Assembly: GCA_963674825.1 (NCBI GenBank)
Contig: OY771587.1
Span: 1,152,001-1,216,000 of the forward strand
Length of the DNA stretch: 64,000 bases
Source of the DNA: Candidatus Cloacimonadales bacterium
GTDB taxonomy: Bacteria; Cloacimonadota; Cloacimonadia; Cloacimonadales; JAIOQZ01
Direction: 5' to 3'
Position numbers and translations under genes: made by a program. Within the stretch, counting starts at the first letter, position 1, and every line of letters starts with the position of its first letter. Of the stretch, positions 10,052-19,464 are shown one piece after another. The notes beneath the pieces are model-generated. The model made no database searches and had not been told where the DNA came from. It was given only the letters and a program-made list of their open reading frames with translations.

Positions 10052-10523
10052 GGATACCCAGCCTGTTGAAAAATGCCAGAACAGTAACGATCACAAACGA
10101 GACAATCGTATTATATACAACGCTGAGTGGAAGACGCAGAAGCAGGAAGCCAGTATATTTATACGCTATAAGATGATAGATAGACATAAAGAAGAAATAA
10201 ACGACATTGATCGTGAGGATGCCCAGCGCAACATAAGCAGGCTTCTCCTTATTCAATGACGGATGGTAGAGATTCACAATGGCTGCGATCAGAACAAACG
10301 TCATGCTGCCGAGACCGAGCTGTAATGGGTAAGTAAGGTCATACGCGAGTCCAAATAGAAACGCCAGCAGCACCGAGAAGTTCAGCGAAAGTCGGGTTGA
10401 TGTGTAAATGATATATCCAAGCAGCAGATTCGGTATCACGCCGATGATAGAGAGCGATCCGCCCAGCAGTATCTGGGCGTATAAAAAGAGGATGCCGAGA
10501 AGATAAAATCCAACGATAATCAT
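10032..10523 (-). CDS. mreD: Rod shape-determining protein MreD
   Basis: Hydrophobic 163 aa between mreC and mrdA; PNL…FGLAYD. Confidence 0.8.
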   Translation of the reverse strand: MIIVGFYLLGILFLYAQILLGGSLSIIGVIPNLLLGYIIYTSTRLSLNFSVLLAFLFGLAYDLTYPLQLGLGSMTFVLIAAIVNLYHPSLNKEKPAYVALGILTINVVYFFFMSIYHLIAYKYTGFLLLRLPLSVVYNTIVSFVIVTVLAFFNRLGIHVRDDQ

Positions 10524-11314
10524 GGCGCGTCCTGATTCTCGGCATTGGGAAGTTCGTCAAAATCGGTCTCGCGCTGATAGAGCAGCACGATGACCTGTTC
10601 CATGCCGGCAAATTTAGCGAATGGCTGTAATTCTGCCTTCTGATAGCTTTCACCGGGAATCTTGACCACTTTGGAGATGACACCAACCGGGAAACCGCGT
10701 GGAAACACGCGTGAAAGGTTCGACGTGATAATTGTGTCTCCTACCGCAATGGTTGCATCCAGCGGGATCATCGACATGCTCACCTTTCCACCTGCATCCG
10801 ACTCCAGGAGGCCCTGATCTCGGCTTCTGCGATCTAAAACACCCAGCTTGAATTCGGGATGGTTGAGCGGAAGGATAATGCTGTGATTCGCTGCAGCTAC
10901 AATGACCTTCCCCACAACGCCGTTACTGCTGATCACTGGATTATTGACTTCAATTCCGGCAGTGTAGCCCTGATCGATAATCAAATTGCGATTACCGAAA
11001 TCACCATGGTAGCCTACGAGATTGGCAACGGTGTAGCGGATATTTGTAGCCGCATCGGGGATTTGCTGGAGCTTGAGAAGCTGCTCTTCCAGGGAACGCT
11101 GCCGAACCTGAAGCTCCGCGTTGCGATTGTAGAGCATCTCGTTTTGCCTTTTAAGCTCGAAAATCTGATCGATGGATTTGATCGAGTGCATGAAGGGGTA
11201 GTAAATAGTCTTTCCGATGAAATCGGCACGCTCGAGCCTGCCTCGGCGGTCTCCCAGAAAAAGGACGATCGACACCAGCAGCAAGATAACTGTTAGCGCG
11301 TATTTTCTGAACAC
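10520..11314 (-). CDS. mreC: Rod shape-determining protein MreC
   Basis: N-terminal TM, coiled coil, GVVGKV, VGDTIITS…FPRGFPVGVI; GTG start. Confidence 0.92.
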   Translation of the reverse strand: MFRKYALTVILLLVSIVLFLGDRRGRLERADFIGKTIYYPFMHSIKSIDQIFELKRQNEMLYNRNAELQVRQRSLEEQLLKLQQIPDAATNIRYTVANLVGYHGDFGNRNLIIDQGYTAGIEVNNPVISSNGVVGKVIVAAANHSIILPLNHPEFKLGVLDRRSRDQGLLESDAGGKVSMSMIPLDATIAVGDTIITSNLSRVFPRGFPVGVISKVVKIPGESYQKAELQPFAKFAGMEQVIVLLYQRETDFDELPNAENQDAP

Positions 11315-11337
11315 GATGTCACCTTGCCCGGCGATGA

Positions 11338-12375
11338 TCAGTCATCGATTTTCTTAATGAGAACCTCGCGGAATTTGTCGAGATTGTCCAGAATCTTGCC
11401 GCTACCTTTCACCACGCAGGTCAACGCTTCCGGGAAAACATGTACTGGCAGATTCACCGTGTCGCTGATACGCTTATCCAGGCCCTTGAGTCTGGCACCA
11501 CCACCGGTTAAGACAATACCGCGTTCGGCGATATCGGCTGCCAGTTCGGGTGCTGTCTTTTCGAACAGCCTCTTGACCGCATCAATCATCGAATCGACGG
11601 TCTCGGCGATCGCGTCGCGAATCTCTTCCGAAGTGATCTCGACTGTAATTGGGTAGCCAGTGATGATGTCCCGTCCACGGACTTCCATCTTTAGTTCGTC
11701 CTTGAGCGGTACTGCGGAACCGATTTCCATCTTGATGCGTTCGGCTGTCTGGATACCGACAAAAATATTGCTCTTCTTACGAAGGTAATTGACGATGTCT
11801 GTGTCCATCTTGTCGCCACCCAGACGGATGGAGCTATGAACCACGATATGTGAAAGCGAGATAACGGCGATCTCGGTAGTACCGCCACCAATATCCATAA
11901 CCAGGTTACCAAAGGGGCGATGGATAGGTAGATCAGCGCCGATTGCCGCTGCGATGGGCTCGGAGACCAGATGCACTTCACGTGCACCGGCATGCAGTGC
12001 GCTGTCGCGAACCGCGCGTTTCTCCACTTCGGTGATGCCAGAAGGAACACAGACAATCACTCTGGGTTTGATCAAAAGACGCTTGCGCTGAGCGCGCAGA
12101 ATCAAATCCCGAAGCATGATTTCGGTGATATGGAAATCAGCGATAACGCCATCTTTAAGCGGCTTGATGACTTTAACTTCATCCGGGTTCTTGCCCAGCA
12201 TCTCTTTGGCCTTAGCGCCAACTTCTATCACCTTCTTGGTATCGGTTGAAAGCGCTACGACGGAAGGTTCGTTAATGACGATTCCCGCACCTTTGCGGTA
12301 AACGAGTGTATTGGCAGTACCAAGGTCTATTGCTATATCGTTGGACAGAAGCCCAAAAAACTGATTCCAGAACAT
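11338..12375 (-). CDS. mreB: Actin-like protein MreB
   Basis: IDLGTANT, NEPSVVA, DIGGGTTE, LTGGGA; GGAGG RBS. Confidence 0.97.
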   Translation of the reverse strand: MFWNQFFGLLSNDIAIDLGTANTLVYRKGAGIVINEPSVVALSTDTKKVIEVGAKAKEMLGKNPDEVKVIKPLKDGVIADFHITEIMLRDLILRAQRKRLLIKPRVIVCVPSGITEVEKRAVRDSALHAGAREVHLVSEPIAAAIGADLPIHRPFGNLVMDIGGGTTEIAVISLSHIVVHSSIRLGGDKMDTDIVNYLRKKSNIFVGIQTAERIKMEIGSAVPLKDELKMEVRGRDIITGYPITVEITSEEIRDAIAETVDSMIDAVKRLFEKTAPELAADIAERGIVLTGGGARLKGLDKRISDTVNLPVHVFPEALTCVVKGSGKILDNLDKFREVLIKKIDD

Positions 12376-12595
12376 CTTACCTCCGGGGCTCATAATACGA
12401 TTTTCCGAAAGAATCATCGACAGGAATCGGAAAATCGTTCACAGAAAGGAACATCCGCGCATTGCATGAAGGCTTGTATCCTTAATAAGCGGATATTACA
12501 TCATACATTTTATCAAAAAAGCAATGTATTTAAAACCGTCAAGGAAAAACATAAGAAACCCGTCCGAGAGCTTAACGTCATCATAAACGAAGCAT

Positions 12596-12627
12596 AAAAA
12601 AGCCTGCAAATCATCGACTTGCAGGCT
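12596..12627 (-). terminator. Rho-independent terminator
   Basis: AGCCTGCAA/TTGCAGGCT hairpin plus A-tract, downstream of 12647..13195. Confidence 0.7.
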
Positions 12628-12646
12628 GAAAAGCGATTCGAAACGC

Positions 12647-13195
12647 TTAGTCTTTATTCACTTCCTCTTCCAGCTCTTTGAAGGCTTGGGAAGCTTTGAA
12701 CTGATTGTAGAGCGCTTCTTCGTTGCGGATATTATCCACGACGTTTTTGTTGATGGTCTCTTTCGGGATTGCCACGCGGACGAAAGTCTTGAACTTACCA
12801 TCTTCGAGCACGATCGTTTCGCGTTCGGTTACCAGTGCGTTGGAGAATTTCGCTTCCGAAACGACTTTCACCACTTTGCTGGTAAGAGCCAGAACCTGCG
12901 GGTCTGTGACACCGGATTCCTCTTCGTAGTTCTTGACCATACCCTTTACATAGCTCTCGACATACTGCGCAGCCTGAAGCATCGCATCCGAATGAGCTGC
13001 CTGATAGGACATGCTTTCCGATACTTTGGTAGCGAAACCGAATGCATTTACATGATCCGGGCTATCCTGGACATCCCACCATGAAGGATAATACACTTTT
13101 TTGACGCCTTTCGGGGCTTCAGGTCCTCCGCCGCCGCAGGCAGTAAACAGACTCACGATCAACACAAGTGCGATGATTATTGCTGTAGTTCTCAT
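12647..13195 (-). CDS. Lipoprotein, LPP20-like
   Basis: AGGAGG RBS; lipobox FTAC; PSWW…AFG.A pattern. Confidence 0.65.
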   Translation of the reverse strand: MRTTAIIIALVLIVSLFTACGGGGPEAPKGVKKVYYPSWWDVQDSPDHVNAFGFATKVSESMSYQAAHSDAMLQAAQYVESYVKGMVKNYEEESGVTDPQVLALTSKVVKVVSEAKFSNALVTERETIVLEDGKFKTFVRVAIPKETINKNVVDNIRNEEALYNQFKASQAFKELEEEVNKD

Positions 13196-13343
13196 TTGTC
13201 CTCCTTTTTCGTGATAATATCTAATCTCATTTTGCTCGAAGATTTTCACCATGTCAAGAAAATACATCAGATTCAGTCCGTCAGATCAAGGTAAAGCTGA
13301 GAAAATCCGACAACCCGTGAAAAATCGCTTTCTCTTTGTCGCG

Positions 13344-14054
13344 TCATTCCTTACGGTCGCCCAGAAATTCCTTCACCTCACCGCCTGGGATCTTTTTCAC
13401 TTCGCCACCGTCGTTCATATCACGGACCTTCGTCGGTATGATCTCACCGGAATCGGTATAGCCTCTCTGCTCCCAGAATCCAGGAACATAGTAGCTCATC
13501 AGCTCGATTTTCACAACGCTTTTCGCAGACTTATAACCCCACAGATAGGGACAGAATATCCTCACCGGACCACCATAGTCTTCATCCAGCAACTCGCCGT
13601 CGAATTCCCATGCCAGTAACGTACGTTCCTGCATCGCGATGTCCATGGGAATGCTGGTGTCGTACTCGAGCCCATGTGACCAGAATCGAACGTAGGTCAC
13701 GCTGGAATCAGGCTTCACCAGATCGAAGATATCCGATAGCTTGACACCACCCCAGATTCCTCGGACTGACCACCGCGTTACGCTGGTCAGGCGTGCATCC
13801 GCGAGAGTCTTGGGCATATCCATCAAATTACGCCATGTGAATGTCATGGGATTTTCGCAAAGGCCTGTGACTTCGATCTCCCATGCCTCGCGGTCAAGCG
13901 AACCAGGGTGTCCCTCTGCCCAGAAAATCGGTGTCTTCAACTCATGCAGCTTTGTCATTTTTGTATCCTTCTTCGGCTTCTCCGCGGAACTGCATGTGGA
14001 AATCATAAGCAGAAGGCACGCGAAAAGAAGCACATACTGGATTTTAATCGTCAT
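13344..14054 (-). CDS. Sulfite-oxidase-fold molybdopterin-domain protein (MsrP/YuiH-like) with Ser at the usual Cys position
   Basis: WEIEVTGL, TSVTRWS, WGGVKL, LLAWEFDGE, GGPVR…P.LWGYKSAK, PGFWEQRGY; N-terminal hydrophobic signal. Confidence 0.82.
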   Translation of the reverse strand: MTIKIQYVLLFACLLLMISTCSSAEKPKKDTKMTKLHELKTPIFWAEGHPGSLDREAWEIEVTGLCENPMTFTWRNLMDMPKTLADARLTSVTRWSVRGIWGGVKLSDIFDLVKPDSSVTYVRFWSHGLEYDTSIPMDIAMQERTLLAWEFDGELLDEDYGGPVRIFCPYLWGYKSAKSVVKIELMSYYVPGFWEQRGYTDSGEIIPTKVRDMNDGGEVKKIPGGEVKEFLGDRKE

Positions 14055-14226
14055 TGCCATATCCTTTTCCGAATATACAACGTTTATGTCGAATCTACAT
14101 TTCATTATCAAGCCGTAAAGATTTTTCTTCAACAAATATCTCTGACGAAAGCAGACCACGATCTCACCCGCTTTTTAGTTGACGATTTTTCAACGAATCG
14201 AAATCTACAGTCCCGGAGGCTTCGAT

Positions 14227-15573
14227 ATGAAAAAGGCAATCCTGATCGGTATTTTTATCGCACTGTCGTTCGCAATTGCAGCGTATATCCAGTTCCAGCA
14301 CAATCTACGCAGCCACAGACCACCCAGAAATGTCATCCTGATGATAGCCGATGGCGCTGGGTTCAATCATTTCCGAACGCAGGCGTATTACGCGGAAGGT
14401 ACCGAACTGCCAGCCGTCTTGGAAGCAATGCCCGTCAAGCTTGCCGTAAGCACCTATCCTGAAGGCAGCGAATACGATCCCCAGAAAGCCTGGGCTGATT
14501 CGGTATGGATCAGGGATCGATACACCGATTCAGCAGCGGCAGCGACAGCAATGTCCACAGGAGTTAAAACAAGCAAAGGCGTTCTTGGCATGACATCGGC
14601 AAAGGAGCCTCTCCGAAACGTCACATCGGTTGCCAAAGAAGCAGGCAAGGGCGCTGGCGTTGTGACGACCGTAATGTTTGCCCATGCAACTCCCGCAGGA
14701 TTTGTCGCACATCAACCTTCGCGTAATATGTTCCGGGAAATAGCGCGAGAGATGATCGCCAGCGATGTGGATGTGATCATCGGTTGCGGTTACCCAACGA
14801 CCGGAAAATGCAAGTATGTTGGTGACGATGAAGTCTGGAAATCGCTCCAACGGGGCGATGTGGAATTCGATTACAATGCAGATGGAACCGTTGACTTCAC
14901 CGCCGGCGATTGCGACAGTGACGGAAAACCAGATGCCTGGAAGCTTATCAGCACACCGGAAGAATTTGCGGCCATCGATCCCTCGGATCGCGTCCTGGGC
15001 ATTCCCATGTGCTATCACACCTTGCAGCAGGAGCGTCCTGGAGATGCAATGGCGGCACCTTACCAAGTCGCCATGCAGGATAGCCTGCCTGACCTATCGC
15101 TCCTATCCACAGCCGCTCTGACCGCGCTGTCTGATGATCCTGATGGATTCTTTCTAATGATCGAAGGAGGAGCCGTCGATTGGGCCGCTCACGATAACCA
15201 GGTTGGGAGGATGATCGAAGAGCAGACCGAATTCATCCACGCGGTAGAGACAGTCGTATCCTGGATTGAATCACATGGCGGCTGGGATGAGAATCTTCTG
15301 ATCGTCACTGCGGACCATGAGACCGGTTATCTTTCGTCGAACGAAAGCCTCGACGACATGAAGCTGGGACTCCCCGTGAAGCCGTCCGCAAAAGGAGTCG
15401 TACCCAATGTGATCTGGCGAAGCGGTAGTCATACCAATTCTCTCGTTCCGCTCTTTTCGGCGGGAAAAGGTTCCGAGCTTCTCACGCAGACAATTGACGG
15501 CACAGATCCGGTTTTTGGAGATTACATCGACAACACCGATATAGGGCAATTACTTATCGAACTCTCGCGCTGA
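14227..15573 (+). CDS. Alkaline phosphatase (PhoA family)
   Basis: NVILMIADG, TDSAAAATA, HATPA, EGGAVDWAAH, VTADHETG, HT. Confidence 0.92.
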   Translation: MKKAILIGIFIALSFAIAAYIQFQHNLRSHRPPRNVILMIADGAGFNHFRTQAYYAEGTELPAVLEAMPVKLAVSTYPEGSEYDPQKAWADSVWIRDRYTDSAAAATAMSTGVKTSKGVLGMTSAKEPLRNVTSVAKEAGKGAGVVTTVMFAHATPAGFVAHQPSRNMFREIAREMIASDVDVIIGCGYPTTGKCKYVGDDEVWKSLQRGDVEFDYNADGTVDFTAGDCDSDGKPDAWKLISTPEEFAAIDPSDRVLGIPMCYHTLQQERPGDAMAAPYQVAMQDSLPDLSLLSTAALTALSDDPDGFFLMIEGGAVDWAAHDNQVGRMIEEQTEFIHAVETVVSWIESHGGWDENLLIVTADHETGYLSSNESLDDMKLGLPVKPSAKGVVPNVIWRSGSHTNSLVPLFSAGKGSELLTQTIDGTDPVFGDYIDNTDIGQLLIELSR

Positions 15574-15734
15574 TTTTGGAGCATTAAATCACCATCATTT
15601 TACATGAATTTTACAGAATTCAGCATTTTTCATTTGACATGAATTGCATTTTCGTGTTTCTTATCTATACCAGCTCCAGATAGTTCTTGTTCACGGTCCC
15701 GGATATGTCTTTCTGTTAGAAAACAGGAGGATTT

Positions 15735-17867
15735 ATGAAACGCTTTTTGGGTATTGCTGTGCTTCTTTTCTTATTTTGCAGTATGTTGATCGCAGACGCG
15801 ATGCAGGCTGGACCATTGAAAGAAGCGCAATTTGACGAAGGAACACCACGAACTGCTCCGAAAACACGCGAAGTACCGGTATGGTCCTTCATTACTTATC
15901 CGACCACTGTTCAATCATCTTACTTCGATTACATGCCAGGCAGCTACAACGCCACCCCGATGCATGTTCAGGATAATGGCGGTGTATATCTGGCTTTCCA
16001 CGGTAAGGAAACCGCAGCAGCCGAACGCCGTTCGTACCTGACCTATATCAATCCGGATGGAACCATCAATGCCACAAACTACATCGGCCAATCGGAATTA
16101 TATGAAGGCTACGTAGGGCTTGATCTCGATCCCGAGACCCAGGATCCGCTGTATGCATGGCATATCGAATCTGGTGTCGGCGATATCTACAACGTTGTGT
16201 TCGGTATGGATGTATGGCACCTGTTGAGCTCACCCGGCCTGCTCAGCACACCCCAGACCATCATCGCAAACAGCGATTGGGATTCAATGCCGATCGAACC
16301 TCCATTCGATGATGACGAATTCCTGTGGCCCTACACGTATGTAAGCAAGGCACCGTCTTACGAAGTTGACGGAAAGCGCCGCCTCTACATTCTGGCAAAC
16401 AATCACACAGCGCATTCTGATGGTGACTATCCCTCGGAAAACGTCATGATCGCTTATTGCGATTTCTCGACTTCCGACATCGAAACTGGAAACTTCCCGA
16501 ACCTCGAATGGACCTACATCACCATCCCACTGATGGACGAATGGAACGCAGATCCTGACTGGATCCGCCCCTTCTTCTCATCCGCATGCACATGGGATGG
16601 TAAGTTCGCAATCTTCGGAAACCTTACCGGTGGCGAAGATTATTTCTTGGAAGACGACCCTGATTTCTTTGTCCTGCTGAACGATAACTTCTGTGAAGGT
16701 GACTGGGAATTCCATGCCGTCAACTCAGAATATTATCAGGTCACTCCCCAGAATCAGGACGGTACGTACTGGCCCAACGAAGACATCATGGACAGCTTCT
16801 TCTCCTTCACATATGCCGGTCACATGACCGCCGTATGGGACAATGAAGGCCGCATCCACTTCCAGGCACCGTATTCACTGCAAGGTTGGATTGGCGACGA
16901 GCTGAAGTACTGGCCGGATTACTGCCAGATGCGTAACTTCATCTACGATACCAACACTGAAGAATTCCACAACTACGATCTCTACCCGCAGAGCGCGAAT
17001 CCTACGGACGAGATACCTTTCTTGCCGTGGGACGTCAACGAAGACGGAGAAGTGGATGAGTACTACGAAGAATCGGGCGGTGTCAATGCCGTTCGCTACT
17101 ACCCGGTATTCTACTATGATACCGATCAGGCTTTCCACGAAAACAACTACAAGGTCGCTTACAACGAGGATAATAACTGGATGGCAGCGATCTGGTCGGA
17201 TGGAACCAAGGAATACCTGTATAATCAGTACGCATTTGACGAATACGCCGACTGGGCATCCACGCCTGAAGTCATGATCGCGATTTCCGGCGACAACGGT
17301 AACACTTGGTCCGAACCCATCGTGATGAACGCCAACCCGACCGATCCCGACGGTAACTACGTCGAAGAGCTCGATGGCCAGATTCCGTGCTATCTCTATC
17401 TTGGCGACAAGATCGAAGATCTTGGCGACGGCCACGGTAAACTGCACATCATGTACTTCAATGACAACAGCTTCGGTTCCTACGCACAGAACAACATCGG
17501 CGACAACAACGGTGGCGCTGTCACCTACATGGCGATCGATGTAGATTTCAACCCGTGGGAAACCGACGACGAAGCCCCGTCTGTAAGCCAGGCGATCAGC
17601 CTCAACCAGAACTTCCCGAACCCCTTCAACCCGGAAACAACCATCGGCTTCAGCGTTCCCAGTGATATGAACGCAGAACTCGCGGTTTACAACGTCCGCG
17701 GTCAGAAGATCAAGACCCTCTTCGACGGAAGAGCGCAAAAGGGTAACAACTCGGTCACTTGGAACGGTACAGACGAATCAGGAAAGAACGTCTCCAGCGG
17801 CGTTTACTTCTATCGCCTCAATGCCGACAGCAAGGTCATGACCCAGAAAATGGTGCTGATGAAATAA
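15735..17867 (+). CDS. Secreted acidic protein with C-terminal FlgD-Ig/T9SS-like domain
   Basis: AGGAGG RBS; signal peptide; S.D.G.TWS Asp-box; QNFPNPFNPETTI…SSGVYFYRL…KMVLMK. Confidence 0.85.
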   Translation: MKRFLGIAVLLFLFCSMLIADAMQAGPLKEAQFDEGTPRTAPKTREVPVWSFITYPTTVQSSYFDYMPGSYNATPMHVQDNGGVYLAFHGKETAAAERRSYLTYINPDGTINATNYIGQSELYEGYVGLDLDPETQDPLYAWHIESGVGDIYNVVFGMDVWHLLSSPGLLSTPQTIIANSDWDSMPIEPPFDDDEFLWPYTYVSKAPSYEVDGKRRLYILANNHTAHSDGDYPSENVMIAYCDFSTSDIETGNFPNLEWTYITIPLMDEWNADPDWIRPFFSSACTWDGKFAIFGNLTGGEDYFLEDDPDFFVLLNDNFCEGDWEFHAVNSEYYQVTPQNQDGTYWPNEDIMDSFFSFTYAGHMTAVWDNEGRIHFQAPYSLQGWIGDELKYWPDYCQMRNFIYDTNTEEFHNYDLYPQSANPTDEIPFLPWDVNEDGEVDEYYEESGGVNAVRYYPVFYYDTDQAFHENNYKVAYNEDNNWMAAIWSDGTKEYLYNQYAFDEYADWASTPEVMIAISGDNGNTWSEPIVMNANPTDPDGNYVEELDGQIPCYLYLGDKIEDLGDGHGKLHIMYFNDNSFGSYAQNNIGDNNGGAVTYMAIDVDFNPWETDDEAPSVSQAISLNQNFPNPFNPETTIGFSVPSDMNAELAVYNVRGQKIKTLFDGRAQKGNNSVTWNGTDESGKNVSSGVYFYRLNADSKVMTQKMVLMK

Positions 17868-17868
17868 T

Positions 17869-18030
17869 ATTTTCGGCTCTCGCGAAGTGAGAACGAAAAC
17901 ATGAGCGTTGTGAATTTGCGCAGCGAATTCATGTTAGCGGAGATATTTTCGACAATCTCCTTTCGCAAAGCGAAATAGCGAAAGTGGATCGTTGGATTGT
18001 TTCATCGGCTTTGACGCAGTCAAAACGAAA
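17869..18030. repeat. Hairpin element with C(GNA)G triloops (copy 2)
   Basis: TCTCGC-GAA-GTGAGA, GAATTTGC-GCA-GCGAATTC, the shared 30-nt core, TTTGAC-GCA-GTCAAA. Confidence 0.8.
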
Positions 18031-18036
18031 ATATAC

Positions 18037-18072
18037 AAGCTCCCATGCCCTCAGCGGTGTGGGAGCTTTTTT
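18037..18072 (+). terminator. Rho-independent terminator
   Basis: AAGCTCCCA…TGGGAGCTT followed by a T-tract. Confidence 0.7.
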
Positions 18073-18138
18073 CAAAATGAATAGTTGACATTTCGAACAA
18101 ATCAACCAGACTGCGACCAGAAAAATGCAGGAAGCAAC

Positions 18139-19122
18139 ATGAAATACCGTATCATCATCTTGCTGGCTGTAATTGCGGCCGCTGTCACCTCTTGCACGAG
18201 CCCGACCGAGGCCTCCCCCGCCGTACATAATCATTACAAACTTGGAATCTACAATATCGATGAGGACTCCCTTACAATTATCAAAGATTTCGGCAATATT
18301 GAAGCTATTGACGAACCTCACTACGCCCTCTTCCACCCTGACGGCAGCAAGATCGTGTATTACATGCAAGGTAGCCTGTATGCCATCGACATCGACGGGA
18401 GCGACGAAACCAACATCACCGGCGATCTCGTGGTCGATGCAGACTTCCCCTTCGCAGCCGAAGACTGTGTTTATTTCGCCGCCTACAACGGCGACCTGCG
18501 CGACATCTACCGGACATCCTGGGACGGCTCCACAACCACCAACCTCACCAACACACCCGAAATCGACGAACATCAACCTTACTTGGATCCAAACAATGAA
18601 AAATTTCTGTGTGTCGCAACGAAGGATGCAATGGAGATAATTCAAGAATACGACCTATCGACAAGCTCAGTTGCTTGTGTTTATACGAGTCATGTTTTAG
18701 CACTTCACTACCCAGGATACCATCCGACAAAAAGCGCCCAACTCTTTTACTATGGAGATAATATGAGTATGCTTGACGAAAATACAGATTCGCTACAGAT
18801 TATTGCCACAAATCCCAATCCCCCAATAAGCGGCCAGCTTTCATTTAACACAAAATATAGCTGCCTATTCTACACAAGCGGCTACCTATACAAGCTTAAT
18901 ATTGAAACAAATGAATGTTCTGAAGTAACCCACTCAATACGATCCGTAAGATATCCTACAACCTCCGAGGAAAGTGATTGGATAAGCATATATAGTTGGG
19001 ACAGAAAAGCCATACTTATTATAAATATTGTTGACATAAGCGAAATAATCGAAATACATAATGGCTATTTCTCGAGTTTATCAAACCACACCAACTCAGC
19101 CCTGATTCTGCTCAACAATTAA
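18139..19122 (+). CDS. Lipoprotein, TolB-like beta-propeller
   Basis: Lipobox VTSC; FHPDGSKIVY, IDGSDETNIT, DGSTTTNLTN repeats. Confidence 0.75.
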   Translation: MKYRIIILLAVIAAAVTSCTSPTEASPAVHNHYKLGIYNIDEDSLTIIKDFGNIEAIDEPHYALFHPDGSKIVYYMQGSLYAIDIDGSDETNITGDLVVDADFPFAAEDCVYFAAYNGDLRDIYRTSWDGSTTTNLTNTPEIDEHQPYLDPNNEKFLCVATKDAMEIIQEYDLSTSSVACVYTSHVLALHYPGYHPTKSAQLFYYGDNMSMLDENTDSLQIIATNPNPPISGQLSFNTKYSCLFYTSGYLYKLNIETNECSEVTHSIRSVRYPTTSEESDWISIYSWDRKAILIINIVDISEIIEIHNGYFSSLSNHTNSALILLNN

Positions 19123-19146
19123 CCCCCCACTCCAAAGGAGAGTACA

Positions 19147-19281
19147 ATGAAATTGATAATTACCATATTTGCGTTAATGTGTTCGGTGTCGATACTTCTC
19201 TCTCAAATCTGCAATGAACTCCCATCCTCCCGTGTTTCTGTGGATGAATGGCAATCGATGAAAGTCGATTTTTATCGATGA
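19147..19281 (+). pseudogene. Short or truncated secreted-protein gene (44 aa, MKLIITIFALMCSVSILLSQ…FYR)
   Basis: AAGGAG RBS, then a signal-peptide-like start that ends early at TGA; below the ORF-track cutoff. Confidence 0.5.
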
Positions 19282-19344
19282 CAAGAATACAGAAATAGTC
19301 TCGCGTCCCTGTACTATGCCAATTTCTATTCTTCTTCTGTTACG

Positions 19345-19369
19345 ATCCCACAACGTGGGAGCTTTTTTT
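19345..19369 (+). terminator. Terminator-like hairpin
   Basis: TCCCAC-aac-GTGGGA then GC and T7. Confidence 0.55.
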
Positions 19370-19464
19370 ATGCCTTATCTGGCTCGCGATTGTTTTTTTC
19401 TTGACGCATCCTATTCTTATAATTGATATTATACATATTCAATCTCATGAAGGAGGAGGTACTC

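Noticed and set aside
17900..17945. Possible integron attC site (…GTTAGCG)
   Set aside because: No matching upstream RYYYAAC box, no cassette array and no intI; kept only as an analogy
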